Of a stretch of 64,000 bases of DNA, positions 45,666-57,147 are shown piece after piece. The DNA is taken from assembly GCA_963709405.1 (NCBI GenBank), contig CAVPXM010000025.1, positions 15,735-79,734 on the forward strand. Direction: 5' to 3'. This DNA comes from an uncultured Nitrososphaerales archaeon (GTDB taxonomy: Archaea > Thermoproteota > Nitrososphaeria > Nitrososphaerales > Nitrososphaeraceae). The position numbers and the translations under genes were made by a program. The number at the start of each line of letters is the position of its first letter. The stretch's first letter is position 1. A model generated the notes under the pieces. That model ran no database searches, was not told where the DNA came from, and saw nothing but the letters and a program-made list of their open reading frames with translations.

Positions 45666-46606
45666 GAGCCTATGCGAAAAGTCCACTTCTTCTATAGGTG
45701 ATCCATGCACATGCAAAATGTAACATTCCAATATAGTTTTCAATCCTCTTTTCCCATCTTACCAGCAATCGTCTGAATCTGTTCATCCAAGAATGGGTTC
45801 TTTCAACAACCCATCGTCTAGCTCTGTATTTTGGTATTCCTTCTTTAATGCTGCTTCTTTCCTTTCCTTTTAATCTGATGTGAATTGTATAGCCATACTC
45901 TTCCAGTAATTCGTATACCTCTGGAAACGCGTAGCCTTTGTCCATGCACATGTGCTGCTTTGATCTGATTGTTGGTTCAGGTCTATAGATGACTATGCTT
46001 TGCAATGTTGCTTTGGTCATCTTCATGTCATGCCTGTTAGCTCCATCTACACATACACCAAGTGGTACTCCTTTACCATCTACCAGAATACTACGTTTTG
46101 TACCTGATTTAGCTCTGTCTGTGGGATTTGGTCCTGTGCTTTTTTCCCCCAAGAGGCGCTTTTGTAATAACGCCATCCATAGCCTGCCATTTCCAATCGA
46201 TCCCAGTTTTTTTATCATATACCGACAATCCATCGATCCACATTCGCTTGAAAACACCAGCCTTTCTCCATTCCTGGAATCTGTCATGTACTGTACTTGA
46301 AGCACCAAGACTTCTAGGTAGAGCATTCCACTGACAGCCTGTACGTAGGACGTAGAAAATAGCACTCATGGCCTTCCTATCATCCATTCTTGGACGACCA
46401 GCCTTTTTCTTCTTTCTCCTACGTATTGATGATGATAGCAATGTAATGATTCTATCCCATACAACATCAGGTATGCAGTACGATGAATCAACTCCAGTAA
46501 CCTCTGATATCAATACAGCTCAAAAGAAAGTGTAGTACAGCTTAGCTTTATCGATCAAACACAGTTTGCTTATAACTCAATAAAACTCTACTTTTCGGAT
46601 GGGTTC
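45666..46606 (-). mobile_element. IS5 type B, apparently intact copy, 941 bp
   Basis: TIRs as 10520-11461; TTA TSD at 45663-45665 and 46607-46609; OrfA 46109-46513 and OrfB ending at 45670, joined by the GGGGGAAAAAAG slippery site. Confidence 0.95.
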
Positions 46607-47104
46607 TTAGTAAATGGCTAACGACGTTAGAACCTATCGAGCCCATTACTGCCCCTATTCAGGGCAGCACCAATAGTTATGAATTCGTCCATTTAATCGT
46701 CATCATATATGCGGTATTTCGAATATAGAAAGTATCAAATCATAAAGGTTTGCGAATATCGACAGCTGGCCCAATTAAAAGATATGAGATAACAAAAAAT
46801 GAGCGTGCAGGCTGGTATAAACACGAAAATTTTGTGATATACATTAGGTTGAAAGTTCTCAGAAAAATTGACAATATGATATAAGGCTGCCTGAATTGTA
46901 TAGAACCAATATTTTAATACTCAAAACTAATGATGCATGCGGTGTCTCATCCATATTTAATTGAAATCTTTCATCTCTCGATCGCTATGTCCTAGGCATA
47001 ATACAAAGCATAAGATTCAAAGAAAGCAAGAGCATAATATATGCTATTTTCTCAGCCACTACTCAGAAACCATGGAACCTTTGAAGACGGATTACATACA
47101 CTAG

Positions 47105-47129
47105 TGTATTGCATCCCACCGAACCCGCA
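47105..47129 (+). other. att-like site 40 bp upstream of the integrase
   Basis: TGTATTGC-ATCCCACCGAACCCGCA: T-stem 3' strand and acceptor strand of a tRNA-like end; no tRNA 5' half. Confidence 0.65.
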
Positions 47130-47169
47130 ACGATATCAGTGCTTTTTAGTGGGTCCTGAGTAATATAAG

Positions 47170-48360
47170 GTGAAACTAGAAAGCGTGATAGCAGAAATAG
47201 AACAAGATTCACAATTAATAACTAATGAAAATTCAGATTCAACCGACCCTTGGACCCTCTATCTATATGCGATGAAATCTCCTGCTACTAAGGAAAAGTA
47301 TTTGTTAAGACTGGCAAAGTTTTTGGATTTTCTTTATCCTACACATACGAAGATGACTTTAGAAGATAAAGCGCGAATCTTTGCGAACGGGGCTCAAAAC
47401 GACAACATTTGGGCCTTCAATGGTGTCCTAAAGTTCATTCAATCGCTTAAGGATCGTGCTGACCGCAAAGAAATCACTGGAGGTACAATACGCAACTACG
47501 TAAAAAGTATCAAATTATTCTGTCAAATGGCAGATATCCCAATCGCATGGGACAAAATTACACGAGGCCTTCCAAAAGGAAAAAGATACGCCGATGACAG
47601 AGCCCCAACGTTAGAAGAAATTAGGTTATTATGCAACTATCCCGATAGAAGAATAAAATCAATAGTCTACACTATGGTATCATCAGGTATACGTGTCGGA
47701 GCATGGGACTATCTGCATTGGGGAAATATAAGGCCAGTGGAACAAAATGGAAGAATTGTTGCAGCAAAGATGCTAGTTTATGCTGGCGAAGATGATTCTT
47801 ACATTACATACATAAACGAACCAGCATTCAGAGAACTTGCAGAATGGATGAGGTATAGACAAGAATCAGGTGAATCAATAAACGATCAGAGTTGGGTTAT
47901 GCGTGATTTATGGGATACTAGAGTGAAGATATGTCAAGGGTTAGTTACGCTTCCAAAGCAACTTAGTGCTATTGGAGTCAAGAGGTTGATGGAACGGGCT
48001 ATTTGGGCTCAAGGTCTCAGAAAAGAATTAGAGCCAGGAAAAAAGAGACACCCTTTTGCTGCAAATCATTCTTTAAGAAAATACTTTAAAACATGTTGCG
48101 AACTGGCTGGAATGAAACCGATTAACATAGAAAATCTCATGGGTCACAGCGTAGGTATAAGTGATTCGTATTACCGTCCTAGGGAAAACGATCTTCTCCA
48201 GGATTATTTAAGATGTGCTCACGCCTTAATCATCAACGATGAGAGGTCTCTGCGAAGTAAAGTAATTGATCTCTCAAACAGGGCCAGAGATAATCAATTT
48301 CTAATTAATGCAAAATTATCAGGAAAGAAGAGATTAAGTTGCTTCATCAGCGGGATTTAG
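47170..48360 (+). CDS. Tyrosine recombinase/integrase (frameshift only in the coiled-coil tail)
   Basis: SSGIRVGA (R), HSLRKYF (HxxR), LMGHS (H), SYYRP (Y). Confidence 0.93.
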   Translation: MKLESVIAEIEQDSQLITNENSDSTDPWTLYLYAMKSPATKEKYLLRLAKFLDFLYPTHTKMTLEDKARIFANGAQNDNIWAFNGVLKFIQSLKDRADRKEITGGTIRNYVKSIKLFCQMADIPIAWDKITRGLPKGKRYADDRAPTLEEIRLLCNYPDRRIKSIVYTMVSSGIRVGAWDYLHWGNIRPVEQNGRIVAAKMLVYAGEDDSYITYINEPAFRELAEWMRYRQESGESINDQSWVMRDLWDTRVKICQGLVTLPKQLSAIGVKRLMERAIWAQGLRKELEPGKKRHPFAANHSLRKYFKTCCELAGMKPINIENLMGHSVGISDSYYRPRENDLLQDYLRCAHALIINDERSLRSKVIDLSNRARDNQFLINAKLSGKKRLSCFISGI

Positions 48361-48449
48361 TGAATACTGACGCTATAGCCAGTCTATCAGACCAGCTAAA
48401 CAAGGTCATGCTGGATATTGAGAATATGAAGAGGATAAGAACCACTTGA

Positions 48450-49497
48450 TTAGTGCCCTAAACCACGTATAGTTAGGCTTTCTTCGGATCGGCAGATTGG
48501 ACATGTCCAATTTGTATCATAGCCATTGGCTAAAGAAATTCTTTTCAGATCTAAATAATGAAGTGTTATCACCTGGTCACAGTCGCAACTGTTACAGTAG
48601 CCAGCCGCTTGCAATTCGTTCATAATCTGACCTAAGCCCGAAACGAAGTTCTTCGTACTGTCTCGGTATATTCTCAAGAATATATCGGAACCTATTTTCC
48701 GCCACTATCTTTATTTGATGGAGAACCAATTTCTTAATATCCGGATCTAGACTTTCAATAGTGTCATAGAAAGCATCAACAAACGAACTCGAATTCTCAT
48801 TGAAAAAAGGCGAGTATAAACTGCTATGGAGGAGATCAACAAAATTAAGCAGATTATTATCATAAACTAATGTAAAATAAATGCGATTGACTAAAACAGG
48901 AATGAGACCCCTAATTTTAAGTTGTTCGAATAAACAAGAATGGAAAATCTCACTAGCCGAGGGATTTTTATTCGCCTTAAACGCAATCGCAAAAACTTCG
49001 TAGATCCACTGAAAGATTCTTTCGAGTTCGTTATGATATTTGTTGATCACAGTGTCTCCCTTAGTAATTGCAATCACACCTTTTAGGCCAAGGGTTCTAC
49101 TAATAAGTGCAAGTAAGATCCCGCCCCTTGTATAACTATAGACAGTAACTGGTATCTTAATTTTCTCTGCAGATGCTGTTCCTACTGGTCTAATTAAATT
49201 CATATGAAGTAATGTTTCAAATTTATCATTCATTCTCGCTTCCCTTGCATGTATTCTGTTGCTAATAGTGGTATTTCTTTTTGATAGTTTATGATAGTAC
49301 TCTAAGATTTCTTTATTGTTACGAATAATCCACTTTTGTAAATCCCTTTTCTTGAAGCGAACATCTATTCGCGACGGTACCTCATTTATTTCCAAAGAGT
49401 ACCGCAATAGATCTTGGAGCAAAAGGGCATCATTAGTGTGACGTTCTTTGCCCTCTTCCTTTTCGAAAATGTCGTTGATATACCGTATTTTTTTCAT
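48450..49497 (-). pseudogene. Hypothetical protein with a wHTH-like region and a C-terminal CxxC..CxxC finger (frameshift near 48600)
   Basis: ORF 48592-49539 continues as GYCNSCD..WTCPICRS in 48450-48677. Confidence 0.7.
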
Positions 49498-49502
49498 GGT
49501 TT

Positions 49503-49518
49503 TCACGATATATCGTGA
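49503..49518. promoter_or_regulatory. Perfect 16-bp palindrome in the divergent promoter region
   Basis: TCACGATA|TATCGTGA between ATG 49497 (-) and ATG 49564 (+). Confidence 0.55.
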
Positions 49519-49563
49519 GTATAAGATGAAACCCGTCATTAAAGTCTATGATTTACGGATAGT

Positions 49564-49751
49564 ATGGATAGTTCAAATATAGAAATCCGGAAGATTCAAG
49601 CGCTTACAGGTGAAAGAAGCCTAACGCTTGTTTTTCCCAAACAATTTGCGCAGCAACTCGGTATCGAAAAAGGTGATTTCCTAAAATGCCGCACGTTCAA
49701 GACAATCGTCTAATAGTTGAAAGACTAGACACAGACGATCGCCACAACTAA
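49564..49751 (+). pseudogene. AbrB/MazE-like protein (frameshift near 49690)
   Basis: IRKIQALTGERSLTLVFPKQFAQQLGIEKGDFLKC/VQDNRLIVERL. Confidence 0.8.
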
Positions 49752-49945
49752 TTCAGAAGGAGAAAAAAAGCCTTGAGTGTTGTTAATTATAGTAGCAAAG
49801 ACCCTAAAATACCTAACGGGACAATACCAAAAAATTCCAAACCACAGGCCATAGTTGAAAAGTGTAATTCGATTGAAGATATGAAGAGCAAAATTTATTT
49901 TCAGAAGCCAAAGCGACAATCTGGACTTTTGGAGGCAATGCTTGA

Positions 49946-50365
49946 ATGACTGAATCAGATGATGTGTCTAAAAGCAACGACAATGGTTATGCACCCAAAT
50001 ATTCGGAAGCGGGACTAGAAGATGCGTTGGTTGGATCACTGTCTTCTTGTAATACCTTTTATCTAGAAGAAACTAGAAATCATCAACAAACGATCTGCAT
50101 TAAGTGGTCATACCTAGAGCAGGCCGAGACTCTGTTATATAAAATCAACCTTTACCATCCACTTCCTGAATTTGTCATTTATATCGAGGATATTCCGCAG
50201 GTAATACAGCAAGAGATTAATCACCTTAATGAGATTACAGTTAAGAAAACATTTACTAACGTTGTTAGAAGGATCTACGAATCTGTAAACCCAGATTATT
50301 TCCATATCTCTGGAATTTACGGCAAAGTGAAATGGAAACTAGTTTCTAGGAGAGAATCGAAATGA
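49946..50365 (+). CDS. Element-associated hypothetical protein (paralogue of 26143-26532)
   Basis: Shared motifs; ATGA overlap with the NTPase gene. Confidence 0.7.
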   Translation: MTESDDVSKSNDNGYAPKYSEAGLEDALVGSLSSCNTFYLEETRNHQQTICIKWSYLEQAETLLYKINLYHPLPEFVIYIEDIPQVIQQEINHLNEITVKKTFTNVVRRIYESVNPDYFHISGIYGKVKWKLVSRRESK

Positions 50366-51959
50366 CCTTCATTTTAGATGGTTTGTCAGGAGGCAGTGAT
50401 TGTCGCAGCAAGACTAGTAGTGGTAATGGAAAAGCAGAAAAACAAAAGGAGAAAGTCCAGATACCTATATTCAAATATACAGCCAGAATCGAAAAAGCCG
50501 TTGCACGAAGCAATACTACTAGGTAATGAAGCCTTCTTTCTAATGTGGGATGAACAAAGAGAGGTAATGAAATGTGTTCGTAATATAGAGGAAACCAATA
50601 GAATCTTAAGGCCACCAGATGAAGGCGAGTATCCATATGAGTCTATAGAATTCAGTTCCATTGAGGAAGTCAAAGAATATTCTGCCTTAGCGCCGCATGA
50701 AACTATAGACTCCCTATATCAAAGAGTGAAATCTATGGTATTTCTGTATATAGATCAAGAGCCCGAGATAATAATCCTCATTTCCGCTGATATAATTTGG
50801 ACGTATTTCCAAGATTTATTTCCTACAACGCATTATTATGACGTCAACGGAAAAACCAACGGTATAGGTAAAAGCACTATTGGGCATGTATTCGAAGGTC
50901 TTGGTTATAGAACCGTTCGAATGGTAGACCCTAGCTCAGCTAACCTATTTAGGGTTTTAGGACAGATCGAACCCGGTCAATGCATAATCGTAGCAGACGA
51001 GGCCGATAGGATTCACAATGACAAAGACGCATTATCGATCATGAAAGAAGGTTACCAAATCAGAGCAAGAGTGCCCAAGACCAATCCCAATACCTTCAAA
51101 CAAGAATGGTTCTATTGCTACTGTTTCAAAGTTCGTATAGCAGAAGAACCCTTACAAGGTAATGTAACAAAAGGAGTTATCGACAGATCTTTTCAAATTA
51201 AAGCCATTAGGGGTAGTCCTACACACGATATCAAAGAGGGTACTTAATCCGGCAAGTAGGATAGATCGATTAGAGAAACTGCGAAATGATTTAAGTCATC
51301 TTAGAAAACTGCTATTATGTTATCGTTTAGTCCATTTTACAGATAATATTACTGATGTTGATGTTGGTCTAGAAGGTAGAGATAAGGAATTAACAAAGCC
51401 GTTACTCCAGTTATTTTATGGGAGCAATTCATATAATGAGATAAGGAGAACCGTTCTAATATTCCTAAATAGGAAAAATAAGCGAAAGAAGTCTACCGCT
51501 ATTGAACCACTTTTATTCGAAATAGTTGTGAATATGATTGATTTAAATCCAGATTCAAAAAAATGCACAACTCTGCTTGTTGATGATATATGGAACAAAA
51601 TAAAAACGGAAATTCCAGGATTTTATAACTATAATAAACCCAACGAGTTTCAAACATTTGACTACAACACAATTTACCGGACTACTACAAGTAAAATGCT
51701 GGAAGGGTTTGGTGCAGAACATGATAGAGGGCATAAAGGCAGAACCTTGGTCTTTAATCCCAGACTGCTTGCTAAGACGGCTAAACAATTTGACGTCTCC
51801 AAAGATACACAGATAAAACTAAAGAATATTTTAGATAGGCCTATTGACACTACCGACACTCTGTCACGGGCTCAAAAAGATGAAAATATTACAAATCATG
51901 CTAATCAGGATAAAAATAATGTAGAAAAATCTAATGAAATAGAAGAAAAAGAGGCATGA
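50362..51959 (+). pseudogene. P-loop NTPase / putative helicase (DUF3631-like), frameshifted
   Basis: EYPYESIEF, GKTNGIGKST, DPSSANLFR, IVADEAD, EGRDKELTKPLLQLF; frames 50378-51247, about 51240-51530 and 51528-51959. Confidence 0.85.
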
Positions 51960-51980
51960 CGGCGTGACGGCAGTGACAGC
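51845..51980. repeat. Short GTGAC/GACAC repeats flanking an A-rich tract (iteron-like)
   Basis: TGACAC, CGACAC, CTGTCACGG at 51845-51869; GGCATGAC-GGCGTGAC-GGCAGTGAC at 51953-51977. Confidence 0.45.
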
Positions 51981-53332
51981 AACTATATTAGAAAATACCA
52001 ATACTACTACCACATCAACTACCCCATTTCTTGGTAATCTTAATGTGGAACACGAAAGTCAGAAGCAAAAGCAGTCAGAAAATAACGACAGCGATAACGA
52101 AAGTAAAAACGACAAGACACCATCGACATGACAAAGGCGAAGTTAGACCTAGGCCTAATAAATCAGCCAGGGCGCATATCGGCCAACCAGTGCCAAAGGA
52201 ATTCGATCTACACATGGTTAGGTATGTAACCGGTAAGCGCAAGCGAGCAGTGGAGCAAGACCCTAGTCTAATCACCGAACGAGCCTTACGACCACTCTGA
52301 TATTTTCTATGATTCAAGAACACACCTTAACAAACTAGGTTATGATACTTCTGTGTATAACGATAATGTTGCGGGTGGCAGTGAAACGAAGGAAAGATTT
52401 CTATAGTAACAACCAAACCCAATTCTCATTGGCTGGGATTATTAGGGATAATTCAACATAATAAGAAATCAAATACCTACAAATATCTATGTGAATTTGG
52501 TATAGCCAAGGAACTTGAATTTTACGAGAACTATTTAACTCAAAAGATACTTGACCAGAATGGTATACCTGTAAGATTCATCGACTGGTTGAAGACAAAT
52601 AGAATCGAACTAAATACAGTGCTTGAAGAAGCAAAACCTAAAGCATTCTATAATTGGTTAAACTGGAAACTTTCACAGTTGTGGCCAACAAGAAACTATA
52701 ATCGCGTTTTCGATAAACCAAACCCTAACGAAGTATATCCAAATGGTATTAAAGAGTTTATAGCACGGCTTGATAATACAATTCAGCCATTAGTTAACAA
52801 AAAGTATACACCAATCGAAGAGCAGTGTAAATACATAACTGGTTTTATAAAGGATACAGACGGTACTCAGAGATTAATACAATCCAGAATTAGTAAACAG
52901 ATATCCAATGAAGAAAAGATCAAAGATTGTAAGTAATAGGCTTACTGCACTTGCAGATGAACTTGATCTAGCACATGTAATGATGACAGTAGACAATAAG
53001 ACCATCAACAAGAATACCAACACGACAACGTCTCCGACTTACATGAAACGGAGCCTAAAATAAGGTTCTTTTTGCCAAACGTGGGGTCATTCTAAACTCA
53101 ATTTGAGTAGCGAAGAACTGACGACACAATAAACTAACAGCTAAGAAAAAGTTTAGGAGGAATATTAAATTATAGTTGAACTTATTCTGATACCTACAAC
53201 TGAGTATAACCGGGGTACACACTGGTAACAATAGTAAACAGATGAAAACATCTGATTGTCTATGGATCCAAGATGGAAACAGCAGATAACAAATGATAAC
53301 ACTGGCTTTTATGCATAAGAATTAGATAATTA

Positions 53333-54398
53333 ATGTTGAAAGGTATGAGTCCGCTAAACAGAAAGGAAACAGAAGATCTCATCGTTGACCTATATTATAA
53401 TCAGAACAAAACGTTCAGAGAAATACAACAAATAGTAAGAAAATCTCCACGTGACATTAAAGTTATACTGAATAAGGTAGAACCAGAACGTTCCTCCCTA
53501 TCCATACCTTCACAAGCCTACAGGTTGTTTTCTGAACGAAAAACTCCAATAGATGTTGCTATAATTTTAAATATAAGAGAACCAGAAGCAACTCAGTTTA
53601 ATTTAGAGTACTGGAAGTTAAGCCAGTTAGATAGTCTTAACCAGATCTATCAAGAGACCAATGGCAATATTTCATCCTTAGCAGAATTACATAGACAGAT
53701 GAAGGCTGCTGGCCTGACTATAGGACATGTGATTAAACTTCTTCTAATGGCTAATAATGATCTACCTTCAATTCAGCAAAAATGCCAAGATCTCAAAAGA
53801 GAGGCGGCAGATCTAACCGCTAAGAATTTGAGTGCAGCGGGTGCCTTTCAACAACTAAGGCAGCGACATATCTGAGGAATATCGGTTACTGCAAGAGGAT
53901 CGCTCATCTTGTAAAAAGGAGCGCCTTGAAGTAGATAGACTGCGCCTACAAAAAGTAGAACTTGAATCTATGGTTAGACAATTTCAAGATAATAATGAAA
54001 GTTTTCAAAGGGTTAAAGAATTAGTCAGACAAATAATTGAACAAAGATTAATGAATCACAGACATGTATTGCTAATAGCCCTTCAATCGATTATAGATTC
54101 ATGTCGAAGAGATCCTATAAAATTCAATATTCTTTATTATAATTTATCAGCTGCAACAACAATAACAGCAGAGACACGATTAGCGGAATTTGGTATGATT
54201 GAACAGTATGATCATGGACTATCTACAAATGATCAGTTATGCTATGAACATGAAAATGCCAATGATGACGTCGCTTACTCGAAGGTTCTAGTAGACCTAG
54301 CAGAACAATTCTTTAATAGAGTGATAAAAGAGATGGAGCAAGTATGTATTATTTCCGTGCCCTCAATCCTTAATAATGGGTCTATTCATAACAGTTGA
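53333..54398 (+). pseudogene. HTH plus long coiled-coil protein (frameshift near 53860)
   Basis: LYYNQNKTFREIQQIVRKSPRDI..QAYRLFSERKTPIDVAIIL; continues in 53970-54398. Confidence 0.75.
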
Positions 54399-55152
54399 AC
54401 ATAAATTGAAAAATGCCTTGATATCTGTTTTTCTAACCGCAGTCCTTTCATTAATAATTTTAGCGCCCTCTTACATTAGTGCTTCTAGCAGTGCTCCAGT
54501 GCCCTTCCGAACGGGTTCTTCACCTTATGGCACGCCATATTCTGAGTGGCTTAAGAATTGGTGGCAATGGTGGTTAAGTATTCCAAACGATGAACACCCA
54601 TTTCCAAAATACGATTCAAAGACATGCTCAGTTCATCAACAGGGTCCGGTGTGGTATCTACCTGACGTTGAGCCGACAGGTCAACTAACACATGCCTCCG
54701 TGAAGTATTCATGTGATATCCCAAAAGGTAAGGCAATATTCTTTCCTCTCTCGCAGTCCTCATGCTGGTTAGCCAATCCAGAATTTAAGAAATATAATAA
54801 TAAGTTGGCGCCTAACCCTGAATCCGATCAAGCACTTAAAACATGTGCTATTTCGCCTCAGGATTTCACTCATGCTGTCGTTAAAATAGATGGAATACCT
54901 ATAGATCCAACTAAATTAGATAGGGCTACAACAAACTTTTATAATGTAACAGTACCACCCAACGCAGTTAAGGGTCTTTTTGACTTTGGGCCTCCCGGCA
55001 CATCTAGGGGAATTGCTGATGGATACGTTCTATTCTTGCCCCCTCTACCTGTAGGAAAGCATACCATAGAATTTACTGTCACAGACCACCTTGCTGGTCC
55101 TACGTCTGAATTGATAAAAAGAGATGGAACATATACCGTGTCCGTAAAATGA
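54376..55152 (+). CDS. Secreted hypothetical protein (WWQWW family)
   Basis: Signal peptide; PYGTPYSEWLKNWWQWWLSIP, GPVWYL, CDIPKGKAIFFP, DGYVLFLPPLPVGKH. Confidence 0.8.
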   Translation: MGLFITVEHKLKNALISVFLTAVLSLIILAPSYISASSSAPVPFRTGSSPYGTPYSEWLKNWWQWWLSIPNDEHPFPKYDSKTCSVHQQGPVWYLPDVEPTGQLTHASVKYSCDIPKGKAIFFPLSQSSCWLANPEFKKYNNKLAPNPESDQALKTCAISPQDFTHAVVKIDGIPIDPTKLDRATTNFYNVTVPPNAVKGLFDFGPPGTSRGIADGYVLFLPPLPVGKHTIEFTVTDHLAGPTSELIKRDGTYTVSVK

Positions 55153-55383
55153 GAGCCATACAACACTGTTTCGGAACACACGAACGACCGATAGGAATTC
55201 AGCGGTCCTTGGAATTATCCGCTTATAGCATGACCGACTGGGTTAGTCCTAACGACCACATCGAGCAAATTATATAAAGATGGCCGTTGAAAAATTGGAA
55301 CATACTAGATAATGTTACCTACACGAATGAATACCCATAATTCTTATCCAATTTTAGATAATGGGTTTAGTTCATTTTGCTAA

Positions 55384-55911
55384 GCTAGTAGTAGTGATCT
55401 CCATAATCAGCATTATCTTTCCGAGTCTTCTTCTGCCTCACTTACAGATCCTAATTCCGTACAAAATCAGGGATCAAATTTACATACCATCGTAGAACCG
55501 GAAACAAAAGTATCTCTAAAACCACCATTTATCAAAAGGATACTTCTCGTAGACGATGATCCTGATGTCACATTAACTTTCAAAGCAGGTTTAGAAGGTC
55601 ATCACAATGATGACAAGAGAAGATTTGAGGTATACGTATATAACGATCCATTATTAGTAGTGAAAGAATTCAAACCACATTTTTACGATGTTCTTCTAAC
55701 TGATTTCTATATGCCAAACATGAGTGGCTTTGAGTTAAGTGAAAAGGTACTAGAATTGGATGTTAACATTAGAGTATGTTTTATGACTGCATTCGTAGTA
55801 AATATTCGAGCCCTAAGAGAAGTATACACGAATGTAAGTTTTGGATGTTTTATCGAAAAGCCAGTGTCAATAAAATATTTAATTAATAGATTATCGGCTG
55901 AGTTAGATTAG
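55384..55911 (+). pseudogene. Stand-alone response-regulator receiver protein lacking an in-frame start
   Basis: RILLVDDDPDV..YDVLLTDFYMPNMSGFEL..FMTA..FIEKP. Confidence 0.8.
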
Positions 55912-56280
55912 AAACACTAACTGTATAGTCACTCTCGTGTGTTATAATCATGTTCTGATGGACCTATGTTTAAGGTACAGATTTAAAAAGGAATATCAGC
56001 CTTAAGAATCGGTGCTGTCTCCTTATCTTCGTAACTAATAAATCTACTTCTGTCCTATTTTGTCAATCTCATTATATGGATTCCCAAAGAGTTTCATAAA
56101 GACGCCAAGCCTTTAAGGGGTAAGCAGGCCCTCACTATCTTACTAAGTACTATGACGAAATGAGTGGTAAAAGGCTAATGGATACAGCGACATAGCAGAT
56201 ATATTATATATTAAATTAAACCAATTTGCATATATACGAACCACGACCTAAAATTAAGAAAAAAGTTTCTTATTATATTC

Positions 56281-57147
56281 TTGTCTATCGCATCGATAGC
56301 AATATTATCAATAATACTAATAGATGGAAGACCAATTTTTCCCTCGGCAAACGCTCTAGCAATGTGTTCTGAAAAATATTTACCATCACCATCATTGATA
56401 CATCCTAATGTTCTTCCAGTGATTCTGATACATGGATACAATGAACCACCTTCAGTATGGTCTCATTGGGAAGAACGACTTAGAAGTGATGGCATTCCTT
56501 TCTGTACAGTATATTATTTTTTTGGTTTTCAATTTCGCTATGATGAATGTGGATCTGCTTTAGATCACTCTAATGATCTAGCTCAGATAGTTCAAGACGT
56601 CAAAAACTGGACACTAAATGATCAAGTAAATATGGTTGGCCATAGCAAAGGTGGATTGGATGCAAGAGTATATCTGGCTAATAGTGGCACTCATGACGTT
56701 GCAAATCTAATAATGATCGGAACACCAAATGGTGGTAATCCTTTGGCAAACGAACTAGTCGCCGCGGCAAAAACAGCAAGTATTTTCCTTCCAGGCTTTG
56801 AATTGGTTATTAATTCCTCATGTCGACCTGCACTAGATAATTTAGCGATTGGTGCTGATGCTACCAAAGCAATAGAAAATGAAAGTACGAAGTATTATAC
56901 TATTTATGGTGATTGGAATCTGTCTTTGCCATGCCCACTAATTGAGCATGAGGATGAATTGTACAAGGAACTAAAGCGATTGAATCAGATACCCAACGAT
57001 GGGATAGTACCAGTATGGAGTGTTGAATCACATGCATTCCTGCCGCATTCTACTGTAATCGGACACACACAGCATTGTCAGACAGGCCTTTTAAGTGATG
57101 AAGAATACAGTATGGCAAAGAATAAAGTACTAATGCTTGTAAAATAA
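56281..57147 (+). CDS. Secreted lipase-like alpha/beta hydrolase
   Basis: VILIHGY, VGHSKGG, MIGTPNGG, NDGIVPVWS. Confidence 0.85.
   Translation: MSIASIAILSIILIDGRPIFPSANALAMCSEKYLPSPSLIHPNVLPVILIHGYNEPPSVWSHWEERLRSDGIPFCTVYYFFGFQFRYDECGSALDHSNDLAQIVQDVKNWTLNDQVNMVGHSKGGLDARVYLANSGTHDVANLIMIGTPNGGNPLANELVAAAKTASIFLPGFELVINSSCRPALDNLAIGADATKAIENESTKYYTIYGDWNLSLPCPLIEHEDELYKELKRLNQIPNDGIVPVWSVESHAFLPHSTVIGHTQHCQTGLLSDEEYSMAKNKVLMLVK

Larger units (their letters stand above)
47105..54398. mobile_element. Integrative element 2 (tyrosine integrase plus replication/regulation module)
   Basis: att, integrase, minus-strand Zn-finger ORF, AbrB, small ORF, NTPase, HTH/coiled-coil; syntenic with 24470-27990; right end not defined. 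Confidence 0.8.

Noticed and set aside
52270-52285. CACCGAAC as the right att of element 2
   Set aside because: Only an 8-bp match, and element genes continue beyond it
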